Part shown: positions 48,896-60,979 of the stretch, in pieces
Layout of the letters: the number at the start of each line of letters is the position of its first letter
How positions within the stretch are numbered: position 1 is the first letter of the stretch
NCBI GenBank assembly: GCA_964016885.1
Contig: OZ024756.1
Location: forward strand, 40,672,001 to 40,736,000
DNA length: 64,000 nt
Reading direction: 5' to 3'
Source: Eledone cirrhosa
Taxonomy: Eukaryota
Notes under the pieces: generated by a model
Database searches by the model: none
Told to the model about the DNA's origin: nothing
The model's input: the letters and a program-made list of their open reading frames with translations, nothing else
Position numbers and translations under genes: made by a program

Positions 48896-50890
48896 ATGAT
48901 GAAGAAAATCACTTGGAAAGGTTTACGGTTGCCCAACAGTGGGCAGCAACAGCGCCAGAAATCAGGCAGCACCAATACTAATTCTTCAGTACCGTCCTCT
49001 ACCTCCAATGACATTTTAAGTAGTGGCTACCACAGCAGTATAAACCACAGTCAATCTTTGTCACAACTACAGCTAGACGAGAGTGGGCAAGAAAGTGAAG
49101 ATATGGTTTTCTTGCCAGCCGATGGCAGCTGTACAGAGCTGCAGCAACAAAATGAAGGTGATTGCAAGAAAAGGCAAATACGAACGACATCGAAGAAGCT
49201 GTTATCAGTTTCATTGAATTCACCATATTCACATAACATGCCTGTATTGAGTACTGTAAATATCCCTTCCACAGACTCATCTTCCTCATCAACTTCAAAT
49301 AGTACAATAACAAATACCAATGTAATATCTCCGTCGTCAGAGAAAAGTCCAGAAGCGACCCACCGTTCATCATTAAATGCTCTGTCTAGCAATATTTCAT
49401 CTTCAGTTTCATCCTATTCATTAACTTCTCCGACATACTGTCCAAGCAATGGTGGTTCATCTCCTACTTCAATGCAATCTCAACACCACCCCATTGGTAT
49501 GGTGCAATCCCACCGACACCACAGCCATCATCCTTATAAAGATGACAACAGTTTACATCTTGTTCCAATGGTTGAGCAAGTAGGGGCTCCACCTAAACAA
49601 CGCAAAGAGAAAAAGAACATTCTACGCAATCTAAGGCGGTGTTTTACACCGACACTTCATCGAAAGGTCAGCAGTAGTCACGAACATCTCCCCAACAATT
49701 CTTCACCGACACCAACAGCTTCTGTGAAACGGAAGGGTGTTGTCTCGGAGCACATTAAAGGATGTCAGTCTGTATCAGGAATGACAAGTGGTCGGAAGTT
49801 TGCACAGAAACCTTTGTCACTTGTTCGTGAACGATTAACAAGAGGACCTAGTGGAGCTGCACCAAATGCAGGTAATAATTCTAGTGCAGATAGAAATTCC
49901 TCCGATTGTTCTAATCTTCAAAATTCAACCTTGACAAAAATAAATGAGATGCATCTATATTCCACTTCTGACAGTACAATTCGAGACAACTGTAAATCTG
50001 GCAATTGTAAATCTATGGACATATCAAGGTTTCAGAAAAAACTTTTAGAGGAATATATAAGTGGGGAGACTGCTACAAATTGTACAAATCCTTTTCGGGT
50101 TTTATCTCCATCCAGGGCTATTGAACAAAAGTCTTTAACAAGTTCTGGTATTTCTGAAAATAACCTGGAGATTAGGAGATTGTCAATGACCTGTGAGCAA
50201 TTTGCACAAGCTCTTAACGAGCGGCCAACTCTTGCAGCTTGGGATCGGTGTCCACCAACAGACAGGCAAGACTCAGAGACTGCTGATAACTGTAACCCGT
50301 ATGAATCTTGTACTGATCCACCAGGCTCGTGTAACAGCTTGTTGCCTCATTATGATGCTGTTAGACTGGATTCTCCCAAAATAGGGAGCCTCACCGAGGA
50401 GCTATTTCGACTATCCAAATTTGGCTGGTATTGGGGCCCAATTACACGAATTGAAGCTGAGCAAAAACTTGTTAATCAACCTGATGGGGCTTTCTTAGTG
50501 CGAGACAGCTCTGATGAACGATACCTTCTCAGTTTGAGCTTTCGCTCTTGTGGTAAAACTTTACATACGCGTATTGAACACTGTAATGGAATGTTTAGCT
50601 TTTATGCTCAACCAGACACAGAAGGTTATCCTTCCATTGTGGATTTAATAGAACATTCAATGAGTGACTCTGAACAAAAAACTAGAATAATCTGTTACTA
50701 CAGGTGCCGGTTGCCTGGATCCCCTTCGTTTCCCGTCCAACTAACGAAACCTGTATCTCGTTTCACCCAAGTGCGCTCATTACAGTATTTGTGCAGGTTT
50801 GTTATACGGCAGTACACACGTTTCGATCATATTCAACAGCTGCCTTTGCCAAATAGTATCAAAGGCTGGATCGAGGAGAACCAGTACTAA
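48896..50890 (+). CDS. SOCS6: Suppressor of cytokine signalling 6 (SH2 + SOCS box), single coding exon, 664 aa
   Basis: SLTEELFRLSKFGWYWGPITRIEAE...GAFLVRDSSDERYLLSLSFRS...TLHTRIEH (SH2) and VRSLQYLCRFVIRQYT...LPLP (SOCS box) match SOCS6 rather than SOCS7. The N-terminus MKKITWKGLR resembles vertebrate SOCS6 MKKISLKTLR. Confidence 0.93.
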   Translation: MMKKITWKGLRLPNSGQQQRQKSGSTNTNSSVPSSTSNDILSSGYHSSINHSQSLSQLQLDESGQESEDMVFLPADGSCTELQQQNEGDCKKRQIRTTSKKLLSVSLNSPYSHNMPVLSTVNIPSTDSSSSSTSNSTITNTNVISPSSEKSPEATHRSSLNALSSNISSSVSSYSLTSPTYCPSNGGSSPTSMQSQHHPIGMVQSHRHHSHHPYKDDNSLHLVPMVEQVGAPPKQRKEKKNILRNLRRCFTPTLHRKVSSSHEHLPNNSSPTPTASVKRKGVVSEHIKGCQSVSGMTSGRKFAQKPLSLVRERLTRGPSGAAPNAGNNSSADRNSSDCSNLQNSTLTKINEMHLYSTSDSTIRDNCKSGNCKSMDISRFQKKLLEEYISGETATNCTNPFRVLSPSRAIEQKSLTSSGISENNLEIRRLSMTCEQFAQALNERPTLAAWDRCPPTDRQDSETADNCNPYESCTDPPGSCNSLLPHYDAVRLDSPKIGSLTEELFRLSKFGWYWGPITRIEAEQKLVNQPDGAFLVRDSSDERYLLSLSFRSCGKTLHTRIEHCNGMFSFYAQPDTEGYPSIVDLIEHSMSDSEQKTRIICYYRCRLPGSPSFPVQLTKPVSRFTQVRSLQYLCRFVIRQYTRFDHIQQLPLPNSIKGWIEENQY

Positions 50891-51227
50891 AACTAAAGAC
50901 CCTACCAAACTCTCTCTCTAACCCCCAGTCCCTCTTTTTTAATATTTTTGTTCCCCCAATTTTTTTTTTTTTTTTTTTCAATTTTTTAAAAATGATATTA
51001 CACTACACGCACACCTCAGAATCCCACGGAAGCAAATAGAGCTGTTGGTGTGAAGAAGAACCTATATATTACTTCATGTACACCTTCCTAGTGAAGCTAG
51101 ATATGCACTAGTATTCAAGACTGCCTTCTTAACACCTACCATCATACTGAGTATTGCCTTAAATCTCTTCACATTCTCAACTTTTCACACAAATGAGAAG
51201 TTACAAATCTGCTCAGTTCTGCTTTGC

Positions 51228-51830
51228 TGTCTCTCTATCTTTCTATCTCTCTCTTTAGCTAGCTATCTATCTCTCTAGCTAGCTAACTTTCTATCTCTCT
51301 AGCTATCTATCTCTCTATCTTTCTATCTCTGTCTATCTCTCTCTCTATCTATCTATCTCTTTATCTATCTCTCTATCTATCTATCTCTCTACCTCTTTAT
51401 CTCTCTCTCTATCTCTGTCTATCTCTCTCTCTATCTATCTATCTCTTTATCTATCTCTCTATCTATTTATCTATCTCTCTATCTAGCTATCTTTCTACCT
51501 ATCTATCTCTTTATCTATCTCTCTATCTCTCTATCTATTCAGTAGATACACACACATGTACACAGCAAACACATGTATACAACATATACACATACATATG
51601 TATACAGTATACATACACACATCACATCACGCATACATATGTACACAGCATACACCTACATACAATCACACACACATGTATACAACATAAACACAAGCAT
51701 ACATATGTACACAGCATATGCATACACACAATTACACACATAGATGACACACATGTACACAACACACACTCACATACATAAATGACACACACACACATAC
51801 ATAGATGACATACACACACACACACATAGT
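51228..51830. repeat. (TATC/TC)n then (CA/TA)n low-complexity tracts downstream of the SOCS6 stop
   Basis: Direct inspection. Confidence 0.9.
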
Positions 51831-52144
51831 TGTAAGGATGTTTCATTTACCATTATTTACATATTGTAGTAAAATGTTAGACTGACAGAATCGGTAGAGC
51901 ATCTGATAAATACTTTATGGTATTAATTCCGGTCCTTTATATTCTCAGTTCAAATCCCACCGAGGTCAACTTTGCCTTTCATTCTTTCGGGGTTTGATAA
52001 AATAAAGTACCAGTGATGTACTGGGGTCGATATAATCAATTTTGCCCTTTACCCCCTCAATATTGCTGGCCTTGTGCCTAACTTAGGAATTATTATTAAT
52101 ATATTATACTGAGTACTGCCTTGCCCACTATGGAAACACTCAGT

Positions 52145-52490
<346 letters not shown>

Positions 52491-53395
52491 ATACACATTC
52501 ACACAGAGGTAAAACAAATACATATATGAAAGAATAAAAAATATGTGTATTGCTTTAATTTCTCATTGCTGTGAAATATACTTAATTTAGAAACCTACAG
52601 ACTCTGTACTATTATAGTTTCACTACAGTGAGTGTATATATAGATATATACTTAATTTAGAAACCTACACACTCTGTACTATATATTTTCACTACAGTGA
52701 GTGTATATACTTAATTTAGAAACCTACTATTATAGTTTCACTACAGTGAGTGTATATATAGATATATACTTAATTTAGAAACTACTGGTTCTGTCACTGC
52801 AGCGAGTGTATATAGGAGAAGCTGTACATTAATACAGATAGCACATTACAAAAAACCCAACAAGAGGTACTGCTTTGATGTATCTTGTGTACATAAGTCT
52901 GAAATATATTTTAACAAAATGATCAGGTCCTTATAATATTTAGATAACCAGCAAACATTATGCCCCAGTGACCCTTCCTTGCCCCCCCCCCCCCCTTTTT
53001 TTTTTTACTTAAATTTGATAAAGAAAAAAAATATTTTGCTATTCTTTAAAAAACACCTCACGCACACACCACGATATTAAGTTGTGAGCACCCTAGCCCC
53101 TTATTTAGCAAGCTAACAAAAGGCTCCAACCTCTGCAACTCTCAGAAGAATCTGTCCTGTTTCTTGTTTTATATTTTTATGTATATGTGGAAGTTTGCAT
53201 TGTTTTTTTTTTTTTGTTTTTTTTCAGTTTACGCTAGAAATGACTTGGTTCATGTTGTTAATTCCTTACACACACACACAGTCGCACATACATACACACA
53301 CACATATATATTGTAGTGTTGTTGGGTCAACCTGTGGAGAGTGTTTGTGGTATATAGTTGTTACATCATAGTCATAGTGTAATATTTCTCTCCTA

Positions 53396-53439
<44 letters not shown>

Positions 53440-53948
53440 CCTTACATATATCCATATGTAGTTGATGGACGAGAGAAAAGAGTACTCAATACTGAAGTAG
53501 AGTTTAAATAAATGTTCATTTATTATGGCTGAGTAGTGAGTCCTGTCTGAGGATCCTGCTAGTGTGTAGGTGAAACAAGACTCACTATTTAGCCATAGTT
53601 TATAATATAGACATACTCTACTACTCCAAGTATCGAGTATTCTGTTGAGTATATATATATATATACATATATATACACATATATATATACATACATACAT
53701 CTCCCTGAACAATAGCTGGATACCTTTAAAATGAACACATGAAAAGGTTTGCATATATATGTATAAAGTTATTTGATCTTAAAATAACAAGGAAATATAC
53801 TAAACATATTTGAAGATATAAAAGAATTCATCTTAGTTAAAATGAATAATATTGCCATTAGTTTTCAATATAACTTTTATGAGGCAGTGATTGAATATCC
53901 ATTGGTTGAGACTTATGTATGTTAGAATGGTATTTAGTGAATAGTTAA

Positions 53949-54189
53949 CCATTTCTTTATCATGTTTCTTAAGACATTGCCCATCATTTGCAATTAATTT
54001 TGAAAATAATCAAGAATTTGGAAGGATTTAGTAATATAATTAACTATTATTAAGTTAGTGTTTGGAAGATAACTAAGATTCTTACATGAAATTATGAAGG
54101 AAGTGTTTTTAGATAAATATAAACAGTTTAAAAGAAACGATTTTGATATAGAACCAGGGGTGGTTTCAGGGGCTTTGAGATCAAAAGGG
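53949..54189. mobile_element. piggyBac-type MITE family B copy
   Basis: TTAA-flanked; right end GATCAAAAGGG|TTAA; homologous to 14165-14416. Confidence 0.7.
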
Positions 54190-55296
54190 TTAAATAGAAA
54201 CAATATGTTTTTGTTTTGTTTAGAAAAATGAAAAATTTTGTTAAGATTAAATTGTTTTTGTTATTGTTTCTTCTGAGATATTGAGGGATATTTACTGAAA
54301 CTAAGCCACATTGTGAGTGTTTTTGTTGTATCTTCCTCTAATGGTCAGTTAGTGGTGACAATCTAGTATTATTTCTTCTTCTGGACATTGACTCTACTTG
54401 AGAGCTTTCTAACTACTTTTTAAATTGTTTAGATTTTCCAGTTAACCACAATTTTAGGTTTTTGTTAATGTTTTTAGACACCAAATCTGAGTTGTTCTCG
54501 TTGTTTTGTCCAGCCTAACCCCAGGACAGTCATGTTCCAACAGACCTATGATAAAAAAGGTTCCAACCATGACTTACCCACCGATTCCCTATCTCCCAGT
54601 CCATAAGGGTTAGTAACTGGAAAACAGAAGCGGTTTATTCTAGTCAAAATTGTCAGTTAAAGGATCCCAAGTATAACCATTATCTGGGAGAAATATCATT
54701 GAAGGAATCAACTTGTTATTGCTGTTGTTTATTTAACAAGCTCTACCAACTGCCATCATGTTGATGTAAAGACAAGTCAATAATTAACCCCACTAGGTGT
54801 GAGATTTGAACTTGAAGCATGTGTGAGATCTCGACTGGCATATGGAATATAATCTTAGTTTCTGAAAGAAATTGAAAGTTGTGATGAAGGAGAATAGACC
54901 CGTCAGTTGTGTAAAAGACATGACAACCTCGCTAGAAAGTGAGGTGCAGACCACCACCTGGCCTGTCTGGGAGGTCAGTAGCCCTGCTTCAGTACAGGGT
55001 GTAATCCTGAAGTCATATACATCTTAGAATGGCCTAGATTATCTGAATAGATTTGATAAGTTTTAGGTTTTGTTTCAACTAAAACTTCATTATTCTCAGT
55101 CAGAACATGTGATTAACCTTTTTGATGATGATGATATCAACCCAACCCTGCAAAACTACCTCTGGTTCTATGAAACCACCAATTTTAAAGGGTTCCTACT
55201 TAAATTAAAACCTTCCAATATAATTTTATATAAGAACCATATGTTTGTTGTGTTACAAATACAATCCAAATGAAATTATAAATTTAGTAAATCCTT

Positions 55297-55558
55297 CACA
55301 GCACTGATACTATAGACATGTGGTCAGATAGTCTAAGGAAAGATTCACTGGACAGATTTTACAAGCAAAAGCAGGTGGCAGGAGACCCAGGGGTAGACTC
55401 TGAGCAAGATGGTTGGATAACATCCATGAGCTTGGCTGGTCACGCTTGGGGATTGAGCTGGATCAATTGGTTACAGTTGCTACCAGCAGGACCCACTGGA
55501 AGGTATGCTAGAGGACTCTGCTCCCATAACGTTTGCAAGAATAAATGTTCAAAGAAGA
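55297..55558 (+). mobile_element. 5'-truncated RTE (Rex3/Expander-like) LINE with an 11-bp TSD
   Basis: Encodes GRRPRGRL*ARWLDNIHELGWSRLGI with a (GAA)n tail; flanked by AGTAAATCCTT at 55286-55296 and 55559-55569. Confidence 0.82.
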
Positions 55559-58144
55559 AGTAAATCCTTTCCAAATTCTTTATTAATTCATTAAAATATA
55601 AAGTATTTCATTAGAAATATGGTAAGAAAAGGATAGAAGGCTGAAACTGAGCGAGATATCTTCAGTGCAATACTCTGCCATTAAACTATCAACACATAAT
55701 TACTGTTGTATATATTCTATAGAGTGGTAACTCCTGAAGTGGTAGAGGTATCTTCGTGACATACACATATTTTAAACCTGGTACAGCCCATCCCCTCTCC
55801 AGGTATTATGTTGAACCTAAATAACTCAGTTGATAAGCTGTAGGACTCAATACCAACTCACAGGTCTTATTTTTCAAATCTGGTGTAAACATTGAGGAAT
55901 ATTTGAGCTCAACTATGCTTAATTTTTCATGTTTCAGTTCCCTAACTGATGAAATAAGTTGCAGATTGATGTTTTAGCTGAACAAAGATTTTCTTTTTCT
56001 GCCTCAGTTGCTTAACACCAACCATGAAACTAAAGCTAAGCAGCAATTGTTGGTTAGCTCCAGCTTGGTCCTTTTCGTACAGACCTATGATAAAAGGTAT
56101 TCCAGTCATGATAAACAGCAAATATTGGTTAGGTTTAGCTTGGCCCTATCATAAAAGCTATTCCAGTCATGATAATCAGCAGTTGTTGGTTAGCTCCAGC
56201 TTGGCCCTTTTCGCACAGACCTATGATAAAAGCTATGGCAGTTGTGATAATCAGTTGTTCGTTAACTCCAGCTTGGCCCTTTTCGCACATAGCTATGATA
56301 AAAGCTATGGCAGTCGGTTAACCCCAGCTCAATATCCCAGTCACCTATAAACCCCACCAAACTACTCTACCTAATGTCTCCATCCTTTTTTCTAACCCTT
56401 TGTTACCATATTTCTAATGAAAGATTGTCTATAATTTTTTTAAATAATCAAGAATTTTGAGGGATTTATTAATATAGCTAACTTTTTCATTATTTATTTG
56501 GTGTTTCAGGAATGGTTCTTTTAGATAGATATAAATAGTTATGTATTTAGTTTGGAAAGTAAGAAAGTAAAGTATGACATAATGGATATTTTATATGTAG
56601 AAAATTTAAAAACTATAGAGGTTACTTCATTGTTTTGTTAAGTAGCAGTTTGTTTTGAGGCTGTTCAAATCCCACTGAAGTCAACTTCACCTTTCATGTA
56701 CTTGAGGTTGATAAAAAAAATTACTAGTCTAGAATTGGGGTTGATTCTTCCTTTATATCTCTTTCTCTGGAAGAAATCTACTGTGGTCTGACTTGGAGAC
56801 AAGATGGGTTCTGCCAGGTTTCAAAATACCCTTGAAATGCTGTATGTCAATGCAGCATCCCTACACCTTTCTCAGGTGTTACAGGTCCATACATATTAAC
56901 ATAGCATGAAGCAGAAATATAGATGACTTGAAAATTGAGACAAATTAATCATGGATCCTTCTTGAACCAATAAATTGAGCCAAGTGATCAAAGACAAATC
57001 TGTTTCATTGATTTTTGGCAATGTTTGTTTCCCTCATTGACAGTTATATATATAAACTTTATTAGGAATTTCAATTTGTATTTTTCACATTTTGAAATAA
57101 AATCTTTTTTCTTTTATTACACACCTTAATTACACCACAAGATATACCTTAATTATATCTTATAGTACATCGAGGCCTACAGTTTGCGAATTACTGATTT
57201 ATGTGAAAACCATATATATATTTATATATATATAATCGTGTTATATATATATCATGTTATGTATATATTGTTATATATATATCATGTTATGTATATATTG
57301 TTATATATATATATCATGTTATATATATATTGTTATATATATATCATGTTATATATGTATGAGACTTATATTGTGAATCCGTCCAAATTGAATTTGTTGT
57401 TAGTCTTATTGAAAAATGAAAATAATTTTGAGAGAAATTGTTGAAGACTCATTTATTTATATATCAGAAAACAAAACAAACAAAAAAGTAATTTTCAGGA
57501 TGTTTACCTGTCTTTCAGTAACTCTGCTTCAGTATTGACTTGGTTAGGTGAAAACACATGTAACCCTTGTTAGTTTAATTAGAAATATGGTAATAAAAGG
57601 GTTAAACTTCTTTAATTAGAAATATAGTAATGAAAGGATTAATTATAATTCTTTTCTTCATCAAATATGGCAGCTGAATCTTCATGTTAGTGTGTTATTA
57701 CTGTTCCACATGTTGCTACTTCACACACATATATGTATATATACACTCCTACATCACACACACACATATATATATATATATATACATACACACTACTACT
57801 ACATCACACACACATACACTGCTACATCACACACATATATACACTGCTACATCACACATATATATACACTGCTACTTCACACACACATATACACTGCTAC
57901 ATCACAAATACACACACACACAATATATATACATATATACTGCTACTTGTTACACACACATACTTCTACTACAAGCCGACACACACAATTATTTTGTTAT
58001 TCTATATTGTACAAAACTATCACAACAACAATTATTAAAATAAATTGTTTACAGGCAATTTTTTAAAAATATTTTTTTAATTTACATCTTTCACATCATG
58101 TTAATACAAGATGTGGTAATTTGTTTCAGCTCGTTAGTTGTTAG

Positions 58145-58412
58145 TTGTGTCATTAACAGGTGGAGTGTTGTTGTTATGTCCAGGTGTGTCATTAACAGGT
58201 GGAGTGTTGTTATTTCCTGGTATGTCATTAACAGGTAGTGTTGTTATGTCTTGGTGTGTCATTAACAGGTAGAGTGTTGTTATGTCCAGGTATGTCATTA
58301 ACAGGTAGTGTTGTTATGTCCAGGTGTGTCTTTAACAGGTAGTGTTGTTATGTCCATGTGTGTCATTAACAGGTAGAGTGCTGTTATGTTTCTGATATGT
58401 CATTAACAGGTA
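58145..58412. repeat. About 33-35-bp minisatellite (about 8 copies)
   Basis: TGTCATTAACAGGTAG(AG)TGTTGTTATGTCCAGGT. Confidence 0.9.
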
Positions 58413-59660
58413 GAAATAATCTCCTGTTAATATATTTCTGTGGTACATTTGTCATAGCTTCAATTAAAATAAACAACAAAAACCAATGTAAACTGCACAT
58501 TGCAGGAAAGAAACGAATGAAGAGATAAAAAAAAAACTAAAATGTTGCCAGATGTTACAGATGTTGCCAGATGTTACAGATGATATGGTTCAATTATATA
58601 CAATAAATAACAAAAATACAAAATATTTGGAAATAACAAAACAAGACAAAGATAAGAAATGGAGTTTCCTAAAAGTAATTTTTATTTATGAATGCTGGTC
58701 AATTTTAAATTAAATAATAGAAATGTATATTGTTTAAATCATATGTATGAACACAATGAAATAAAGAAGACTGTGTTAAGCTATTAAATGTTGCTTTAGT
58801 TTATCTATATAACAAGACCATCTATCTGTTTGTCCATTCATCCATCTGTCTGGCCGAAGCCCGCTCACCATCTGTCTGTCCGAAGCTCGCCCACCATCCA
58901 TCTGTCTGTTCGTTCATAGCCCGCCCATCATTCATTCGTCTATAGACCCCCACCATCTGTCATTATTAGAGGAAACTGCGGCGATGTTGATGTCCGATGT
59001 CTTATACTCTGGAGTCGAAGTGGACCGTAAAGGCACATCCAACCCATGCCATCAAGGAAAAACAGGTGTAAAAGTACGATTGATGATGATGATGGTAGTG
59101 ATGATAATGAGATCTACCACGACTACAGTGACAGCAGTAACTACTAGAATTATTCAAACCATCAAGGGAGACAACTATCAAACTATCAAGGGGAACAACT
59201 CTATTACTGTAAGTAGCTCGGGATTTTTCTTTTTTCTGTATAACTTACAAGTTGTAATATCTGTAAACAATACAGTTTCAGTTAATTCTGTTTTCCGTCT
59301 ACACAAAATCTTAATGGATTCGATACTATGTGAGATAATTATGTAAGATAAATCCTTTACTGTGACAATACAATGGTGTATATAGAATAATGTAAATGCT
59401 AAAGGGTTAACTGTCTTTTTTTTAATTTGGAAATGTTTTTTGTTGTTCTTTTTACAATGTTGGAAGTGAGGGCTCCCGTCGTATGTGATGAAGGACCTAT
59501 AAATAACTCTAAGGTAACATCCCAACATTATTGTTATCATATTTTTAATATTTACTGTACAATACACATTGTGATAGTTTTCAAATAAAACACTTTTTTC
59601 TCACTTTACACATTGTTTCAAGCAAACTACAACACTCTCTTATAAATATAAACAGTTTAA

Positions 59661-59868
59661 CCCTTTAACATTTACATTACTCTATATTTACTATTGTATT
59701 TTCATGGTAAAGGCTTTATCTCACATAATATTGAATCTATGAGATTTCAATATTATTTATTTCGTGAAGAATACCTGAACATCAGTATGAGCGGCCAGTT
59801 ACAGCTGGCTTGAACAGAAAGAGGTGAGAGAATTCTGGCCAGATATGGCCGGTTTAATTGCTAAAGGG
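59661..59868. mobile_element. piggyBac-type MITE family A nested in a family B remnant
   Basis: TTAA|CCCTTTAACATTTA ... GCTAAAGGG|TTAA; the flanks join to give the family-B sequence seen at 54113-54170. Confidence 0.85.
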
Positions 59869-60004
59869 TTAAAATGAGGATTTTGTATTGTAGAACCACG
59901 GGCAGTTTCAGGTGTGGTATCATCAGGATTAGGGGATTAAACCCAGTTTTTTTAGAGCATTCAGTCACCATAATATAATGGAATACTTGAAATAGGTGTT
60001 ATCA

Positions 60005-60761
60005 TTAATGAGGCCAAGTGCAAAAATAAGGATCAGATGGTGGCCCTTTCAAACACTCCCGTAATTTCTCACAGCCTGGAGGGGACCAGTTCTAAGGAAA
60101 AAGAAAAAAAATAGCAAAATAACAACAACAAAAAATCATCTTTAAAACTCCTGTTTATCTGAAAATTGAAACACATTAAAAGAATGATTTAGAACAAGTT
60201 TAGCTTTAATAAAATATCTAATGAGCAAGATATGGTCAACTTATCTGTCAGGACCCATAACATTACAGCCTGTCAAACCTGTCAGGACCCATAACATGAC
60301 AGCCTGTCAAACCTGTCAGGACCCATAACATGACAGCCTGTCAAACCTGTCAAGACTCATAACATGACAGCCTGTCAAACCCATGCAAGCATGAAATATG
60401 GATGTTAATCAGTGATTATGATGATCACAATCTTGATGACAATGATGATGACGACTATATATACACACACACATATCATCATTTTACGTGATGATGATGA
60501 TGATATATATATATATGTAAAGACAGATGGCCAACCTAGCAGTCTGGATAGAGAGATAGGTAGATAGATAGAGAGATATTTGTTGAATTACCTGTACAGC
60601 TTTATCACACCAATTAAGCTGAGGGTGGCCAGGAACCACAGTTTGAAGATGTTTCCTCACAGTTTTAAGGAATCCAGGTATAACAGCATGATAGATTGGA
60701 TGTGTGTGTCTGGGGAATATAAAAGTTGGTTTAGACAGTAATCTGAGTTGTCAAACAATTT

Positions 60762-60794
<33 letters not shown>

Positions 60795-60948
60795 ATTGAA
60801 GGTACCCATTTATGTGTGTTGTATTGAAGCGAATAACTATGTGTATATTCTGGGAGTTTATTTAGCATCACCTATTGAGTACGCTAAGATGCAACCACTC
60901 CTAGCAGTGATACCTATGCTAGTTCCATCAACTTATATATATATATAA

Positions 60949-60979
<31 letters not shown>

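Noticed and set aside
48999-49392. Antisense ORFs of 113-124 aa inside SOCS6
   Set aside because: Shadow ORFs of a Ser-rich coding region; no independent signals.
48896-50890. SOCS7 assignment
   Set aside because: SH2 and SOCS-box residues (SLTEEL, GPITR, TLHTRIEH, RQYTR) and the N-terminus fit SOCS6.
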